A stretch of 64,000 bases of DNA from Octopus vulgaris. Lineage: Eukaryota. The notes below the pieces were generated by a model that was given only the letters and a program-made list of their open reading frames with translations, was not told where the DNA came from and made no database searches. Positions 1-12,156 of the stretch are shown in pieces (within the stretch, counting starts at the first letter, position 1; every line of letters begins with the position of its first letter). The stretch covers positions 22,072,001 to 22,136,000 of the forward strand of contig OX597824.1 of assembly GCA_951406725.2 (NCBI GenBank), read 5' to 3'. The translations under genes were made by a program, and so were the position numbers.

Positions 1-175
1 AACAAAAACAAAAAAAACCCAAAAAAACAAAAAAACAAAACAAAAGGGAAAGTCAAGGAAAAGAAATAACCCGGTTAGAAGAATGCTTTTCATCACAATC
101 TGCTGAAGCAGGACTAAACAATAACACAGATGTGAAGTGCAGACCTTATTCACCTCGTATGAATTTTATGTAATA

Positions 176-577
176 CTAGCAGTATCGCCCCGGCGTTGCT
201 CGGGTTTGTAAGGGAAATAACTATATAAGCATTTTTAGAGATGTAAAGTATAATAGCCATCTCAATATGGCTAACCACAAAGGGGGGGAGGTGTTACTGT
301 AGCTTTTTACGTTCTGAGATTTAATAATAAATTTTTAGAGAGTTTACTTCCCTTATATATGCCAAAAATGCATTAAAAATGGGAAAAATTGATGGTAAAT
401 TTTTTTTTTTAATCGTAGAATCATCGTAGACATGCGCTAATACCCAGAAGGGCTCGATATGAATCACGACTATAAGATACCCGGTTTTGGTTAAACTGCA
501 CCGCAAAATGTGGGAGTAGTTAGGAATCTAAATCGTAGGAGACAGACAGCACACAACCTCTCTTTTATATATAAAGA
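176..577 (-). mobile_element. Non-autonomous Helitron, family H1
   Basis: Minus strand starts A|TCTTTATATATAAAAG and ends with a GC hairpin (CCCG-agcaacgc-CGGG) then CTAG|T. No TSD. Homologous to 46876-47276. Confidence 0.8.
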
Positions 578-952
578 TTTTATCTTTTGTTTATTTCGTT
601 CATTGGACTGCAGCCATGCTGTGGGGGTGGAGGGCAATGCTTTGATAGGTGTTAATTGAAGAAATCAATGCCAGTACTTCTTCATCATCATCATCATTGT
701 TTAACGTCCTTTTCCATTCTGACATGGGTTGGACGGTTTGACTGAGGTCTGGAGAGCCAGCACCTGCACCAGGCTCCAATCTGATCTGGTAATGTTTCCA
801 TAGCTGGATGCCCTTCCTAACGTGCTTTTTACACGCCACCAGCACAGGATCAATAAATTAAGTACCAGTTGTATACTGAGGTAGATCTAATCGACTGGCC
901 CCTACCTCCCGCTAAATTTCGGGCCTTGTACCTAGAGTAGAAAAGACTATTT

Positions 953-1190
953 AAGGCGGTGAGCTGGCAGAATCGTTAGCGCGTTGGATGATATGCTAAG
1001 CGGTATTTCGCCTGTCACTACGATCTGAGTTCAAATTCCGCCGAGGTCGACTTTGTCTTTCTGCCTTTTGGGATCAATAAAATAAGTACCAGTTATGCAC
1101 TGCTGACTTACAAACACATTAAGACCTCATTTACAATAATCAGTCCCCTCCGACAAAATTTCAGGGCCTTGTGCCTATAGCAGAAAGGAC
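953..1190 (+). mobile_element. SINE-B monomer (Meta-domain-like gcctttcatcctttcggggtcgataaaataagtaccag)
   Basis: Head ggcggtgagctggcagaatcgttagc, B box GAGTTCAAATTCC, tail ggccttgtgccta.ag.agaaa; a 3' fragment also lies at 845-950. Confidence 0.85.
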
Positions 1191-1884
1191 TATGATACGT
1201 TACACTGTAAATATATAAAACCCGACCATGATGATGATGATGATGATGATTATGATGAGTAGGAGAGTCATTATCATTATCATGATCATCATCATCATTG
1301 TAAATGAGGTCTTAATGTGTTTGTAAGTCAGGAGTTTTTGTATTAAACAATGAATTTATTTTAAAGACCATGCCTCTTTCACGAATGCATAGTTTCCATA
1401 CATTCCTTTCCCAGCCAAGCATAAACTAAATGGAGTTGGAGTATTCTTAATGGTATTACTAACAATGTTAGATAATAAAAAGAAAAACCACCACCATCTC
1501 CAAACCCCACCACCACCACCGTGCCGCCACCCCCATCCCCATCGCCGCCACCACTACATCACATATGGTTCTACATATACAAAGTTCTGAAGGCTCTTAT
1601 TTTCAATCGGTTAAGCGAGACATGTTTTACTTGTTTCTTAATCATTAGACTGTGTCCTAGCTGGAGTACCACCTCAAAGAATTTTTAGTTGGATGAATCG
1701 ACCCCCACCCCACCCCAATACTTGTTTTTGTTTTTTTTAAGCTTGTTACTTATTCTGCTGGTCTCTATTACTGAACTGCTAAGTTACAGGGATGTAAACA
1801 CACCAACACTGGTTGTCAAGTGGTACTGCAGTACAAAAACAGGCACAAAGACATGCACACAAAGGTACATACATATGTGTGTAT

Positions 1885-1963
<79 letters not shown>

Positions 1964-1978
1964 CACACACTCATATAT

Positions 1979-2011
<33 letters not shown>

Positions 2012-2059
2012 TCTTTATTGTCCACAGGGGGCTAAACATAGAGGGGACAAACAAGAACA

Positions 2060-2327
2060 GATTTATTCTATCGGACTCTTTTACCAAACTGCTAAGTTAT
2101 GGGGATGTAAACACACTAACATTGGTTGTCAAGCGATAGTGGGACACACACACAAACATACACGACAGGTTTCTTTCAGTTTCCGTCAACCAAATCCACT
2201 CACAAGGCTTTGGTCGGCCCGAGGCTATAGTAAAAGACACTTGCCCAAGGTGCCATGCAGTGGGACTGAACCCAGAACCATGTGATTGGTAAGCAAGCTA
2301 CTTACCACACAGCCATGCCTGTGCCTA
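2060..2327 (-). mobile_element. SINE-A (partial; adjacent tail fragment 1620-1830 and SINE-B tail 2011-2060)
   Basis: Reverse complement of family consensus. Confidence 0.8.
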
Positions 2328-2332
2328 TACGT

Positions 2333-2543
2333 TTAACCATTTAGCATTTAAACCAATCATATCTAGCCAAAATATTCTACCTGTTTTATGTTCAAACAGG
2401 CCAAATCTGGTCTTTCACACCTACCCTACAATGTCATAGTAAAAGGAAACATTCCCAACATCAAAATCACAAAAGTACAAGAAAATGCATGATTAATTCA
2501 AAACAATGTTAGTATATAAGTAATCTGAATGCTAACGAATTAA
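2333..2543 (+). mobile_element. piggyBac-type MITE, family P2
   Basis: ttaaccatttagcatt...aatgctaacgaattaa; homologous to 6027-6525. Confidence 0.6.
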
Positions 2544-2651
2544 TGTGAGAAAATCCCAAGCTGCCAATAGTTACTGGTTTATTTCCATGGGCAAGATTCC
2601 ATTCTATTAAAAATGTAAATACCAATCTTGGTTTTAACATTTTACCAAAAT

Positions 2652-3268
2652 AAGGCAGCAAGCTGGCAGAAACTTTAGCATGCTGGGTGGAATGTTTAGT
2701 GGTATTTCATCTGTCTTTACGTTCTGAGTTCTAATTCTGTCGAGGTCGACTTTACCTTTCATCCTTTTGGGGTCGATTAAATAAGTACCAGTTACGCACT
2801 GGGGTCGATGTAATCGACTTAACCCGTTTGTCTGTCCTTGTTTGTCCCCTCTGTGTTCAGTCCCTTGTGGGTAGTAAAAAAAATAGGTATTCCATCTGTC
2901 TTTATGTTCTGAGTTCAAATTCCGTCGAGCTTGACTTTGCCTTTCATCCTTTCGGGGTTGATAAATTAAGTACCAGCTACACACTGGGGTCGATGTAATT
3001 GACTTAATCCGTTTGTCTGTCCTTGTTTGTTCCCTCTATGTTTAGTCCCTTGTGGGCAATGAAGAAATAAGAAACTTTAGCATGCTGGGTGAAATGCTTA
3101 GAGGTACTTCATGTCTTTACGTTCTGAGTTCAAATTCCGCTGAGGTTGACTTTGCCTTTCATCCTTTTGGGGGTCAATAAATTAAATACCAGTTATGCAC
3201 TGGGATTGATTTAATCGACTGGCCTATCCTCCCCCAAAATTTGAGGCCTTGTGCCTAGAGTAGAAAAG
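2652..3268 (+). mobile_element. SINE-B three-unit composite
   Basis: Three core repeats; 16-bp TSD AACATTTTACCAAAAT at 2636-2651 and 3269-3284. Confidence 0.85.
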
Positions 3269-4106
3269 AACATTTTACCAAAATGCTTGCTTGCTAAAAA
3301 GTACATCTCATCCAAAAATATCACGTACAAATTTGTTAACTTAGCAAACCTACACAAACATAGATGAAAGTTTGCGAAATTTTAGAAGATAAATCAAAAA
3401 AGAGCAACAACAAAAAACTGATTTGTTTCTGTTCTCTGAAATTTTAATCTTATATTGTTGCGTTCTCCGAATATTTAAACAGATCAAAAGAAGGCATTCA
3501 ATCAGCCATACAATACATATATACGCAATTTCTTTGATACTGTAAAAGCAACTTTTTTTTTCTTTCTTCCCCACCGAAAAAAGATAGCAGGTCAAATAAA
3601 AGGTAGATCAGAATGGTAGTCTTGATGAAAGAAAGATCAAAAATGGAACGGTAAGTCTTGATAAAAGGAAGATCAAATTGGTAGTCTTGATAAAAGGTAG
3701 ATGAGATCATAAATATTCAGGTTTTTCATTGGTTAGCAACAAGGTATGGCGTCAAAAATAGAAGAGCGGGAAAAAAAAAATATGGAAATTTGGGGCTTTT
3801 ATGAAGATGGTGTATCAGGGAAAATTAGATATGTTAATGTCTTCACATAGAATTAAATTCACTTTTCTGAATGTGTGTGTGTGTGTGTGTGTGTAAGTAT
3901 CTATCGATCTACCTACCTACCTGTCTCTATATGTAAATGTGTATATATATATATATACACACATATATATATACATATATATATATACACATATATATAT
4001 AAGCACACATATATACACATATATATATATACACACACATATATATATATATACACATATATACATATATATATATATATACACATATATATATACACAC
4101 ACACAC

Positions 4107-4153
<47 letters not shown>

Positions 4154-4511
4154 ATCCATTATTTGATATTACTTTCAGAAATTATAGAATTCTAGGGAAA
4201 TTCTTCATTTCAGAAAGCAAGTAGCTGGTTACAGTTGAGAGTTGGAGTCCCAATGGTCCAATGGTGATTAAGATATGGTAACCTTTACTGAAGGTCAACC
4301 GATAAATATACAGCAACTTTGCAATGTGGCGATGTGGGCATCAATAAAAGTCAACAAGTTCAACTGCCACAAGCACATCAAAGGCTCTAAACTTGCACGG
4401 TTTAATACGAAACCTTAGAAGACAAAAACGTACTCATCAGAAAATAAAAACATAAAACAGCTGAAGTCAATACTTGTACCATATATATGTGCTTGTGTGT
4501 GTATGTATTTA

Positions 4512-4557
<46 letters not shown>

Positions 4558-5396
4558 TATAGAGAGAGAGACACAAACACACACATACATATATATGCAT
4601 ATATCTTGACACACATATATTTTATAACCACAAAATGGATATGTGTATGTATTATATACACACATATATATATATATATGGAATTCCCAAAAGTGGTTAT
4701 CAATATCATTTCAGCTCGGAATTATAGATAGACAGCTAGTTTGTAAAATGTACTCCGAACTAAGAACCTAACATGATGCCATTCACAACAGTTAGAATTT
4801 ATAGATCAACAAAAATTGCAAACCTTTGACTGGCTAACCTCTCTATCTCTCCCAGAGGGCATTTTACATCTGCTTTTCTCATTCTTAAAAAGTTATGCTA
4901 TGTTCACTGCAAAGATCAATGTCATCTTATTTAACTAGTAGTCATCAGTAGATTTGCAATTCCCATAAAGAATAAAGTATAACCATTGAACAAAAAAAAA
5001 GCACAAAATAATCAAAGGAAAAAGAAAGCAGAAAGAAGAAATTTTACTTTTTTTTGTACCATTTCTCATCAATTTGACTAAAAAAAAAAAAATGGCTACC
5101 TCACCAGCAGCAAATGAAATTACAACTGCTTTTATTTTTTCGTTTTATTCTTCCCCTTGTTATTTTACACCTGACAGTTTGACATACCTTTTAAAACATC
5201 CAGCTATATTTCACGTCTTTCAAATTCATTAAAAATTACATCAACACATACAAAACCTACCATACTATGGTTCCTTACCATATTAGCTTCATTATGCTCC
5301 ACAGCAGCAGTACTTCTCAAATGGAGTCCATATGACTGCTGGGGACCTATATAAAATTTTGTGGGGTCCACACAAAAAAATAATACATTGGGAATC

Positions 5397-5560
5397 CGCA
5401 GTAGTGGCTGTGTGGTAAGTAGCTTGCTAACCAACCACATGGTTTCAGGTTCAGTCCCATTGCGTGGTATCTTGGGCAAGTGTCTTCTGCTATAGCCCCG
5501 GGCCGACCAATGCCTTGTGAGTGGATTTGGAAACTGAAAGAAGCCTGTCGTATATATGTG

Positions 5561-5593
<33 letters not shown>

Positions 5594-5810
5594 TTGTGTG
5601 TCTGTGTTTGTCCCCCTAGCATTGCTTCACAATTGATGCTGGTGTGTTTACGTTCCCGTCACTTAGCGGTTCGGCAAAAAGAGACCGATAGAATAAGTGC
5701 TGGGCTTACAAAAAGAATGAGTCCCGGGGTCGAGTTGCTCGACTAAAAGACGGTGCTCCAGCATGGCCGCAGTCAAATGACTGAAACAAGTAAAAGAGTA
5801 AAGAGAGAGT
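5397..5810 (+). mobile_element. SINE-A (tRNA head, CORE-like ccttgggcaagtg, internal TA/TG tract, AAAAGAGT tail)
   Basis: A box TGGCTGTGTGG, B box GGTTCAGTCCC; many near-identical copies in the window. Confidence 0.9.
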
Positions 5811-6026
5811 CAAGTGTAGCATCTAAAAAGTTCATGAATAAATTTTGCTTCTAGATATATTTATTGCCAGAAACAGCTAAGGTTTCATTCTTTAACGTTT
5901 TACTTAGTTTAACATGTTTCCAGTCACTAAAGCATGTTCTCTCAATGAGTGCTGTTGAAAACTTATACAAGTGAACATGTGGAAAACAATATAGGAATTT
6001 CAAAAGACATTTTAAACATTGTCATT

Positions 6027-6525
6027 TTAACCGTTTAGCATTTAATCTTGCCATACCTGACCCAAATATTCTTCTTGTTTCATGTTCAAACTAAGCTGAT
6101 CTGGTTTCTCACACTTATACTATAATGTCATTCATCATCATCATCGTTTAACGTCTGCTTTCCATGTTAGCATGGGTTGGACGATTTGACTGAGGACTGG
6201 TGAACCAGATGGCTTCACCAATCTCCAATCTTGATTTGGCAGAGTTTCTACAGCTGGATGCCCTTCCTAACGCCAACCACTCCAAGAGTGTAGTGGGTGC
6301 TTTTACGTGCCACCGGCATGAGGGCCAGTCAGGTGGTACTAGCAACGGTCATGATAAATCATGTTTTTTTTTTTTTACATGTCACCAGCACAAGTGCCAG
6401 TAAATAAGAATAATTAATCACGTAACCTAAATCCCAAAGCTACGAGATAGTGCATGATTAATTTAAAACAATGTGAATGAATAAATATTACATTTGAGAG
6501 AAAAATCTGAATACTAAAGGATTAA
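6027..6525 (+). mobile_element. P2 MITE interrupted by a Nin-type SINE (6132-6400)
   Basis: ttaaccgtttagcatt...aatactaaaggattaa; body matches 2333-2543 on both sides of the insert. Confidence 0.6.
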
Positions 6526-6754
6526 ACATTGAATGGCTATAAGGGTCCACCAGAATCAAATAAAAACCAAAAAACTCCATAAATAAAAAATGGCAGAGAA
6601 CCACTGCCCTACAGAAATAAAAATTGTGAAGGTGCCCCAGCATGGCCACAGCTCATGAGCTGAAACTGGAAAATTCAAAATCAAATCAATCCACTCAAAT
6701 GTGTTTCACAACCCAACTAGTCAAATAACTCAGTTGAACAGAAAGGAAATTATT

Positions 6755-7200
6755 AGGCGCAGGAGTGGCTGTGTGGTAAGTAGCTTGTCTACCAACCACA
6801 TGGTTCCGGGTTCAGTCCCACTGCGTGGCACCTTGGGTAAGTGTCTTCTACTATAGCCTCGGGCCGACCAAAGCCTTGTGAGTGGATTTGGTAGACGGAA
6901 ACTGAAAGAAGCCCGTCGTATATATGTATATATATATATACATATATATTCGTGTGTGTGTTTGTCCCCTAGCATTGCTTAACAATATATGTATATATAT
7001 GCGTGTGTGTGTTTGTCCCCTAGCATTGCTTGACAACCGATGCTGGTGTGTTTATGTCCCCGTCACTTAGCGGTTCGGCAAAAGAGACCGATAGAAGAAG
7101 TACTGGGCTTACAAAAGAATAAGTCCCGGGTTCGAGTTGCTTGATTAAAGGCGGTGCTCCAGCATGGCCACAGTCAAATGACTGAAACAAGTAAAAGAGT
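6755..7200 (+). mobile_element. SINE-A with internal duplication at about 6935-7035
   Basis: Family consensus; gtttgtcccctagcattgctt occurs twice. Confidence 0.9.
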
Positions 7201-7426
7201 AACCCTTTCGTTACCTTATTTATTTTGAGATACTCGGTGTTTCTTTCAATTACTTTAAATATAACAAAGAATTTAGTAAAATAATTTAGTTATCATTAAG
7301 CTAGTGTTAGGAACATAAATTGTGACTAAGGTTTGGTGGAAGATTTTAATTCAAAACTTATGAAAACAAGACATTTGTACTACAGAGCCAGAGCCGGTTT
7401 CATCTGGGATGGTAATGAAAGGGATT
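7200..7426 (+). mobile_element. piggyBac-type MITE, family P1
   Basis: TAA-CCCTTTCGTTACC ... GGTAATGAAAGGG; homologous to 31711-31938 and 32554-32787. Confidence 0.75.
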
Positions 7427-7520
7427 ATAAAGCCACACCTTGTCAAATGGTTTTATTTTTCTTTATCAAAGGGATTATAAAGCCACACCTTGTCAAATGG
7501 TTTTATTTTTCTTTATCAAA
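7418..7520. repeat. Perfect 50-bp tandem duplication
   Basis: aaagggattataaagccacaccttgtcaaatggttttatttttctttatc x2, at the end of a P1 MITE. Confidence 0.9.
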
Positions 7521-7895
7521 AGGATCCACCTTCTGAAATAAATAGGCAGTAAAATTACTAAAGTGGTGTGGAAACAATGGTGCACATGTTTAACACATTT
7601 TTGACATTGACCTGCCCAATATATTCCTTGGTTTTATGACATGAACTTAACTGCTTTAAAGTGAACTAATTTTTTAAAAGAAACAGAAAACCTTCCATCA
7701 AAATTTTATGTTAATTTATGTTCTAAACTCCAGCTAAATAATGACAAAGTTATTTTGTAATTTGTTCACGATTTTTAAGATTAATTGAAAGAACAGCAGT
7801 GTATGTATTTTAACAAAAACATGACAACAAAAGACTTGATACACTGTTAATTTCAATTTAGCTTGAATCATACAAATTTGGTTTCAATTTTCAAC

Positions 7896-8297
7896 AGGCA
7901 TAGGAGTGGTTGTGTGGTAAATAGCCTGCTTACTAACCACATGGTTCCGGGTTCAGTTCCACTGCGTGGCACCTTGGGCATGTGTCTTCTACTATAGCCT
8001 CCGGCTGACCAAAGCCTTGTGAGTGGATTTGGTAGACGGAAACTGAAAGAAGCCCATCATATATATGTATGTGTGTGTGTGTGTTAGTGTGTCTGTGTTT
8101 GTCCCCCCAACATCGCTTGACAACCGATGATGGTGTGTTGACGACCCCCATAACTTAGCAGTTCGGCAAAAGAGACCGATAGAATAAGTACTAGGCTCAC
8201 AAAGAATAAGTCCTGGGGTCGATTTGCTTGACTAAAGGTGCTGCTCCAGCATGGCCACAGTCAAAATGACTGAAACAAGTGAAAGAGTAAAGAGAGT
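7896..8297 (+). mobile_element. SINE-A
   Basis: Full-length match to the family. Confidence 0.9.
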
Positions 8298-8837
8298 AAT
8301 AAACCAAAATTAGCATTATATTCCATGCATTTGGTGTTCCATAAAGTAATACTAGTGATATGCGGAAGATAATCCCTACAATAACATTCCTTACCTGCAA
8401 ATATTGGCTTCGAGCCTCATCAAAATAAATCAATAAAATGTAAACACACTATGTACTTATATACATACATACATACGATGCAACATATAATACATACTGT
8501 ATATGTAACAAGAAATGTGATTTATGATCTGTTATTGCTGGTAACACCGTACGACTGAATTTTGATGGAACATAAATCTAGCTATTAATCCATTATTATG
8601 TACAACAAGCAGATAAGAATGCATCAGCTATAACTTAATGGCTTTATGAAGTTTACAGATTTCATAGCTAATCACTGTGATGGTTGAATTTGGAAGCCTA
8701 GTTCAGTGTGACTCTAGTTGATTGATACATCATACCGAAGTGACTGATTCTGTTCTATATTTTAGAGATGAGGAATTCTATGCATTATTTACATTATTTA
8801 AATTGGACAGATATGTGTCCTCATCTTCTGTGTTGTT

Positions 8838-8884
8838 ACAACAACGTTTCGGCTGATTTATTCTCCAGCCTTCATCAGGTGTCC
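8838..8884 (-). ncRNA. Minimal type-I hammerhead ribozyme motif
   Basis: ggacac-CTGATGA-a-ggctg-gagaataaat-cagcc-GAAA-cgt-t-gt, with palindromic AACGTT stem III; stem I is bulged in this copy. Confidence 0.7.
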
Positions 8885-9104
8885 TGGTAGAATTTTGAAC
8901 CCAACCCTGGGTTCTCGTTCCTAAGGTAATTTTTTGCTGATATTATTATTATTTATTCAAGGCACTGCCTGGAATTGAACTCGCAATCTTGGGGTTAGTA
9001 GCCCACGGGGCATATAGCATAAGGGTTAAGAGCACGGGCTACTAACCCCATGATTGCGAATCCAATTCCAGGCAGTGCCTTGAATTAATAATAATAATAA
9101 TAAT

Positions 9105-9412
9105 GATAGGAGAGTGTTGTAGTTCACTTGAAGCATTGTATATTGTTTGTAAAGAATAAAAAGTTTTGAATGGTACAACAATGCACTATGATACAGACAA
9201 TAGGCTATATACCTGTTGTAATTTAGTCATCCATAGTAGGATATGATATTTCGGAATAATATTCCTTCTCCAGATATTCTTAGATGGAGTCACTGCTATA
9301 ATCAGTTTTCTAATGGCTTTTCTTTTTTATTTTGTGGAAGTGTCTCAGCAGTGGTCTCATGATGCTCCTGCCAGAATTCCCCATGAGAAGTGTGTGAGGT
9401 TGGCCAAGTCTC
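9105..9412 (-). mobile_element. Decayed LINE RT C-terminal fragment inserted in (AAT)n
   Basis: Minus strand reads WGILAGAS...LRHFHKIKKKAIR across frameshifts, like the WG...QKKAIR motif; flanked by (AAT)n on both sides. Confidence 0.4.
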
Positions 9413-9447
<35 letters not shown>

Positions 9448-9505
9448 CATCAGCAAAAAATACCTTAGGAATGAGAACCCAGGTTTGGGTTCAAAATTCT
9501 ACCGG

Positions 9506-9551
9506 GACACCTGATGAAGGCTGGAGAGTAAATCAGCTGAAACGTTGTGTT
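9506..9551 (+). ncRNA. Minimal type-I hammerhead ribozyme motif
   Basis: gacac-CTGATGA-aggctg-gagagtaaat-cagct-GAAA-cgt-t-gtgtt. Confidence 0.7.
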
Positions 9552-10734
9552 AACAACAAACAAGATGAGGACAAATATCCGTCCAATGTAAATAATGTAA
9601 ATAATGAAAGACATAGTCGACCTCAGTGGAATTTGAACTCAGAATGTAAATGTGTGGAATGCCAAATAATTATTACCATTAAAATATATCTCAAAGTTTC
9701 TCTAACAACAAAATATCATGATAGTGACAGTGGCAATGGCAATGGTGGTGATGGAAATGACGGTGGTGGTGAGGGTGATGGTAGTGGTGGTAATAGTGAT
9801 GGTGGTGGTGGCAGTGGTGGTAGTGGTGGTGGCGATCATAATAATGTTGAAGAGACATCTGATTACATTAACATATATGACAAAAATAAAAGATGGTGGT
9901 GGTGGTGGGGGGTTGGAATCAGAGTCAGGGTGGTGGGGGTGGTAGAATGAACTGTTTTCGCTTTTAAACCAAAATACTGTGAATTAAGCATTAGGTAAAT
10001 ATGTGTAGGTCTTTTATTAGAGATTTTACTCTACTGTTTATTTCCTTTTTTTTGTCTGATAAATCATACTGACAATTCCACTTCTGCCCCCACCCCCCAC
10101 CTTCACAATACAATTCTTGCAGAACTAACAGCAATATTCTTCCTGTTTTACACACAATTTAGACAGACATTACAAAGAGGAAAATTCTTTGAGCCATTTA
10201 TGCCAATAATTCTGTTTCTATTCTGGCTCTGTTTTTGCTTCAGTTTTTTTTTTGTTTTTTTTTATTATTTTTTTGGTGGTATCAAATGTTAAATGAAATG
10301 TCTAAATAGGAAAAAACAAATATAAGAAAAAAGATAAATAAATATAAAGCAAATTAACAGATTTGAATGACCTCATGCAACACGTTCCTCCCCCCATCAT
10401 GCCCCCCGCTGTCTCCTCTGTGGTTGCCTACCCTCGTTCAAACTTGATGTCATCATTAATTTAATGATTGGTAATAAGTGTGTTTGTATTTGACATGTCT
10501 TTTGTAGTTTTCAACAAACACCAAAATTACACAGCAGATGTTAAAAAAAAAAAAGAAAAAAGCTGTAAACAACTATATAAAAAAAAAATGTTCTTATTCA
10601 TTAATCCTGGCATTATATAGTCCTTTCATTGCAGATTTATTTATATTCTATTTCCAAGCAAAATAAAAAGCATCAGAATTAAGAAAAAAAAAATTGTGCC
10701 AGTGGGTCGGCGTCACAGACATGATTATTATTGG

Positions 10735-11180
10735 TTTTAAATTTTGGCACAATGCCAGCAAGCTCGGAGAGTGGGGTAAGTTGATTCCACTGACCCAAAT
10801 ACTCAATTTATATTTATTTTATCAACCCTGAAAGGACAAAAGGTAAAGTCAACCTTGGCAGAATTTGAACTCAAAACTTAGTGATGGGTGAAATACTGTT
10901 AAGCATTTTGCCCAGCGTGCTAATGATTCTGCCAGCTCACTGCCTATTTCTTTATTACCCACAAGAGGCTAAACACAGAGGGGACAAACAAAGGCAGACA
11001 AACGGATTACATCGATTATATCGACCCCAGTGCATAAATGGTACTTATTTAATCGACCCCGAAAGGATGAAAGGCAAAATTGACCTCGGCAGAATTTGAA
11101 CTCAGAACGTAGCGGTAGACAAAATACCGCTAAGCATCTCGCCCGGTGTGCTAACGTTTCTGCCAGATCGCCACCTTATA
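10735..11180 (-). mobile_element. Two adjacent SINE-B units
   Basis: Reverse complement of SINE-B; other minus copies at 19872-20090, 31015-31225, 34245-34425. Confidence 0.8.
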
Positions 11181-12156
11181 AAGACAGATAAGGTACCTGC
11201 ATGATGTTAATGCAAGTAGAGTGAGAAAGGTGATCTATGCTGGGAGTTGAACTTAGAGGGAGAGAGGAAACGAGGAAGACATTAAATCAAAAGATCAAAC
11301 AATTGTACTTTAAAAACTTCTTTTTTCCCCTTATATCAATGATTCTTGACCATTTTTTACCTATGGGCCCCTTTCATTTCTATTTTATTCTGTTGGACCT
11401 CAATCGCCATTTGATGTATATATAAAAAACTGGATACTATTTTATAACTGAATATTATTAGGAATTGTTAAAAAAAAAATAGAATATTTTGTGTAATGTA
11501 AAAGTGTAACCAATTTATTTCAGACAAATTTTAACAACAAAATCTTATATGGACCCTGGTCTTGTGCCCTGTTCTGTCTTTCATAAACAAACCCTTGAAA
11601 AAATATATGTTGACAATAGTGACGGTAATGATGACTATAATGGTTGCAATAGCACAAATGACACATTATACAATTTTTTGTTGTATCTCAGGTGGGTCAT
11701 TATGCCAGTAATAAACACATGCACTGGTTGTATTTTACTTCTTTTATTATTATTAGTCACTTGGTTAGAGTGTTTGATTAATCAATCAATCAATCAGCTT
11801 GGTTTGTTGAAGTCCTTGTGTCACAGTTTGTGACCTCATTGATGACATGCCCTCTCTACACCAGGTCCGAGGTCGTGAATGGTAACAGAAGGATTTTGAC
11901 AAACCTGGTAGATTGATTGACTGAGCGATTAATCAAACAAATGATGAGAGTTAATTAATTAAATGATTAACTGATTCATCATCATCAGCATCATCATTTA
12001 ACTACTGCTTTTCATACTGCCATAAGTCTGACAGGAGCCGGCCAGCCAGCAAGCAAGCAGCACCAAGCTCCAATTATCTGTTTTGGAGTGGGTTCTATGG
12101 TTGGATGCTCTTCCTAATGCCAATTACTTTACAGAATGTCCAGGGTGATTTTTACA

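Larger units (their letters stand above)
5308..6606. mobile_element. Old hAT-type MITE hosting nested SINE-A, P2 MITE and Nin-SINE
   Basis: cagtacttctcaa ... gagaaccactg termini; ggggtccac motifs related to the 38791 element. Confidence 0.45.
8752..9605. mobile_element. Head-to-head pair of tRNA-headed, hammerhead-containing elements
   Basis: 8752-9005 (-) and 9008-9605 (+) are inverted copies with the order tRNA-like head (TAGCATAAGGG; GAGTTCAATTCC), (AAT)n, body, hammerhead. The plus copy is interrupted at about 9105-9412. Confidence 0.65.

Noticed and set aside
8390-8435. Possible minus-strand micro-exon ending CAG|GTAAGG
   Set aside because: Weak acceptor and no similarity to the expected protein.
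9008-9085. Functional tRNA gene (also 22060-22132 and SINE heads)
   Set aside because: Only A/B-box-like remnants; cloverleaf imperfect and embedded in repeats.
9390-9950. 186-aa Gly-rich ORF
   Set aside because: Stitched from (AAT)n, the hammerhead element and (GGT)n microsatellite.
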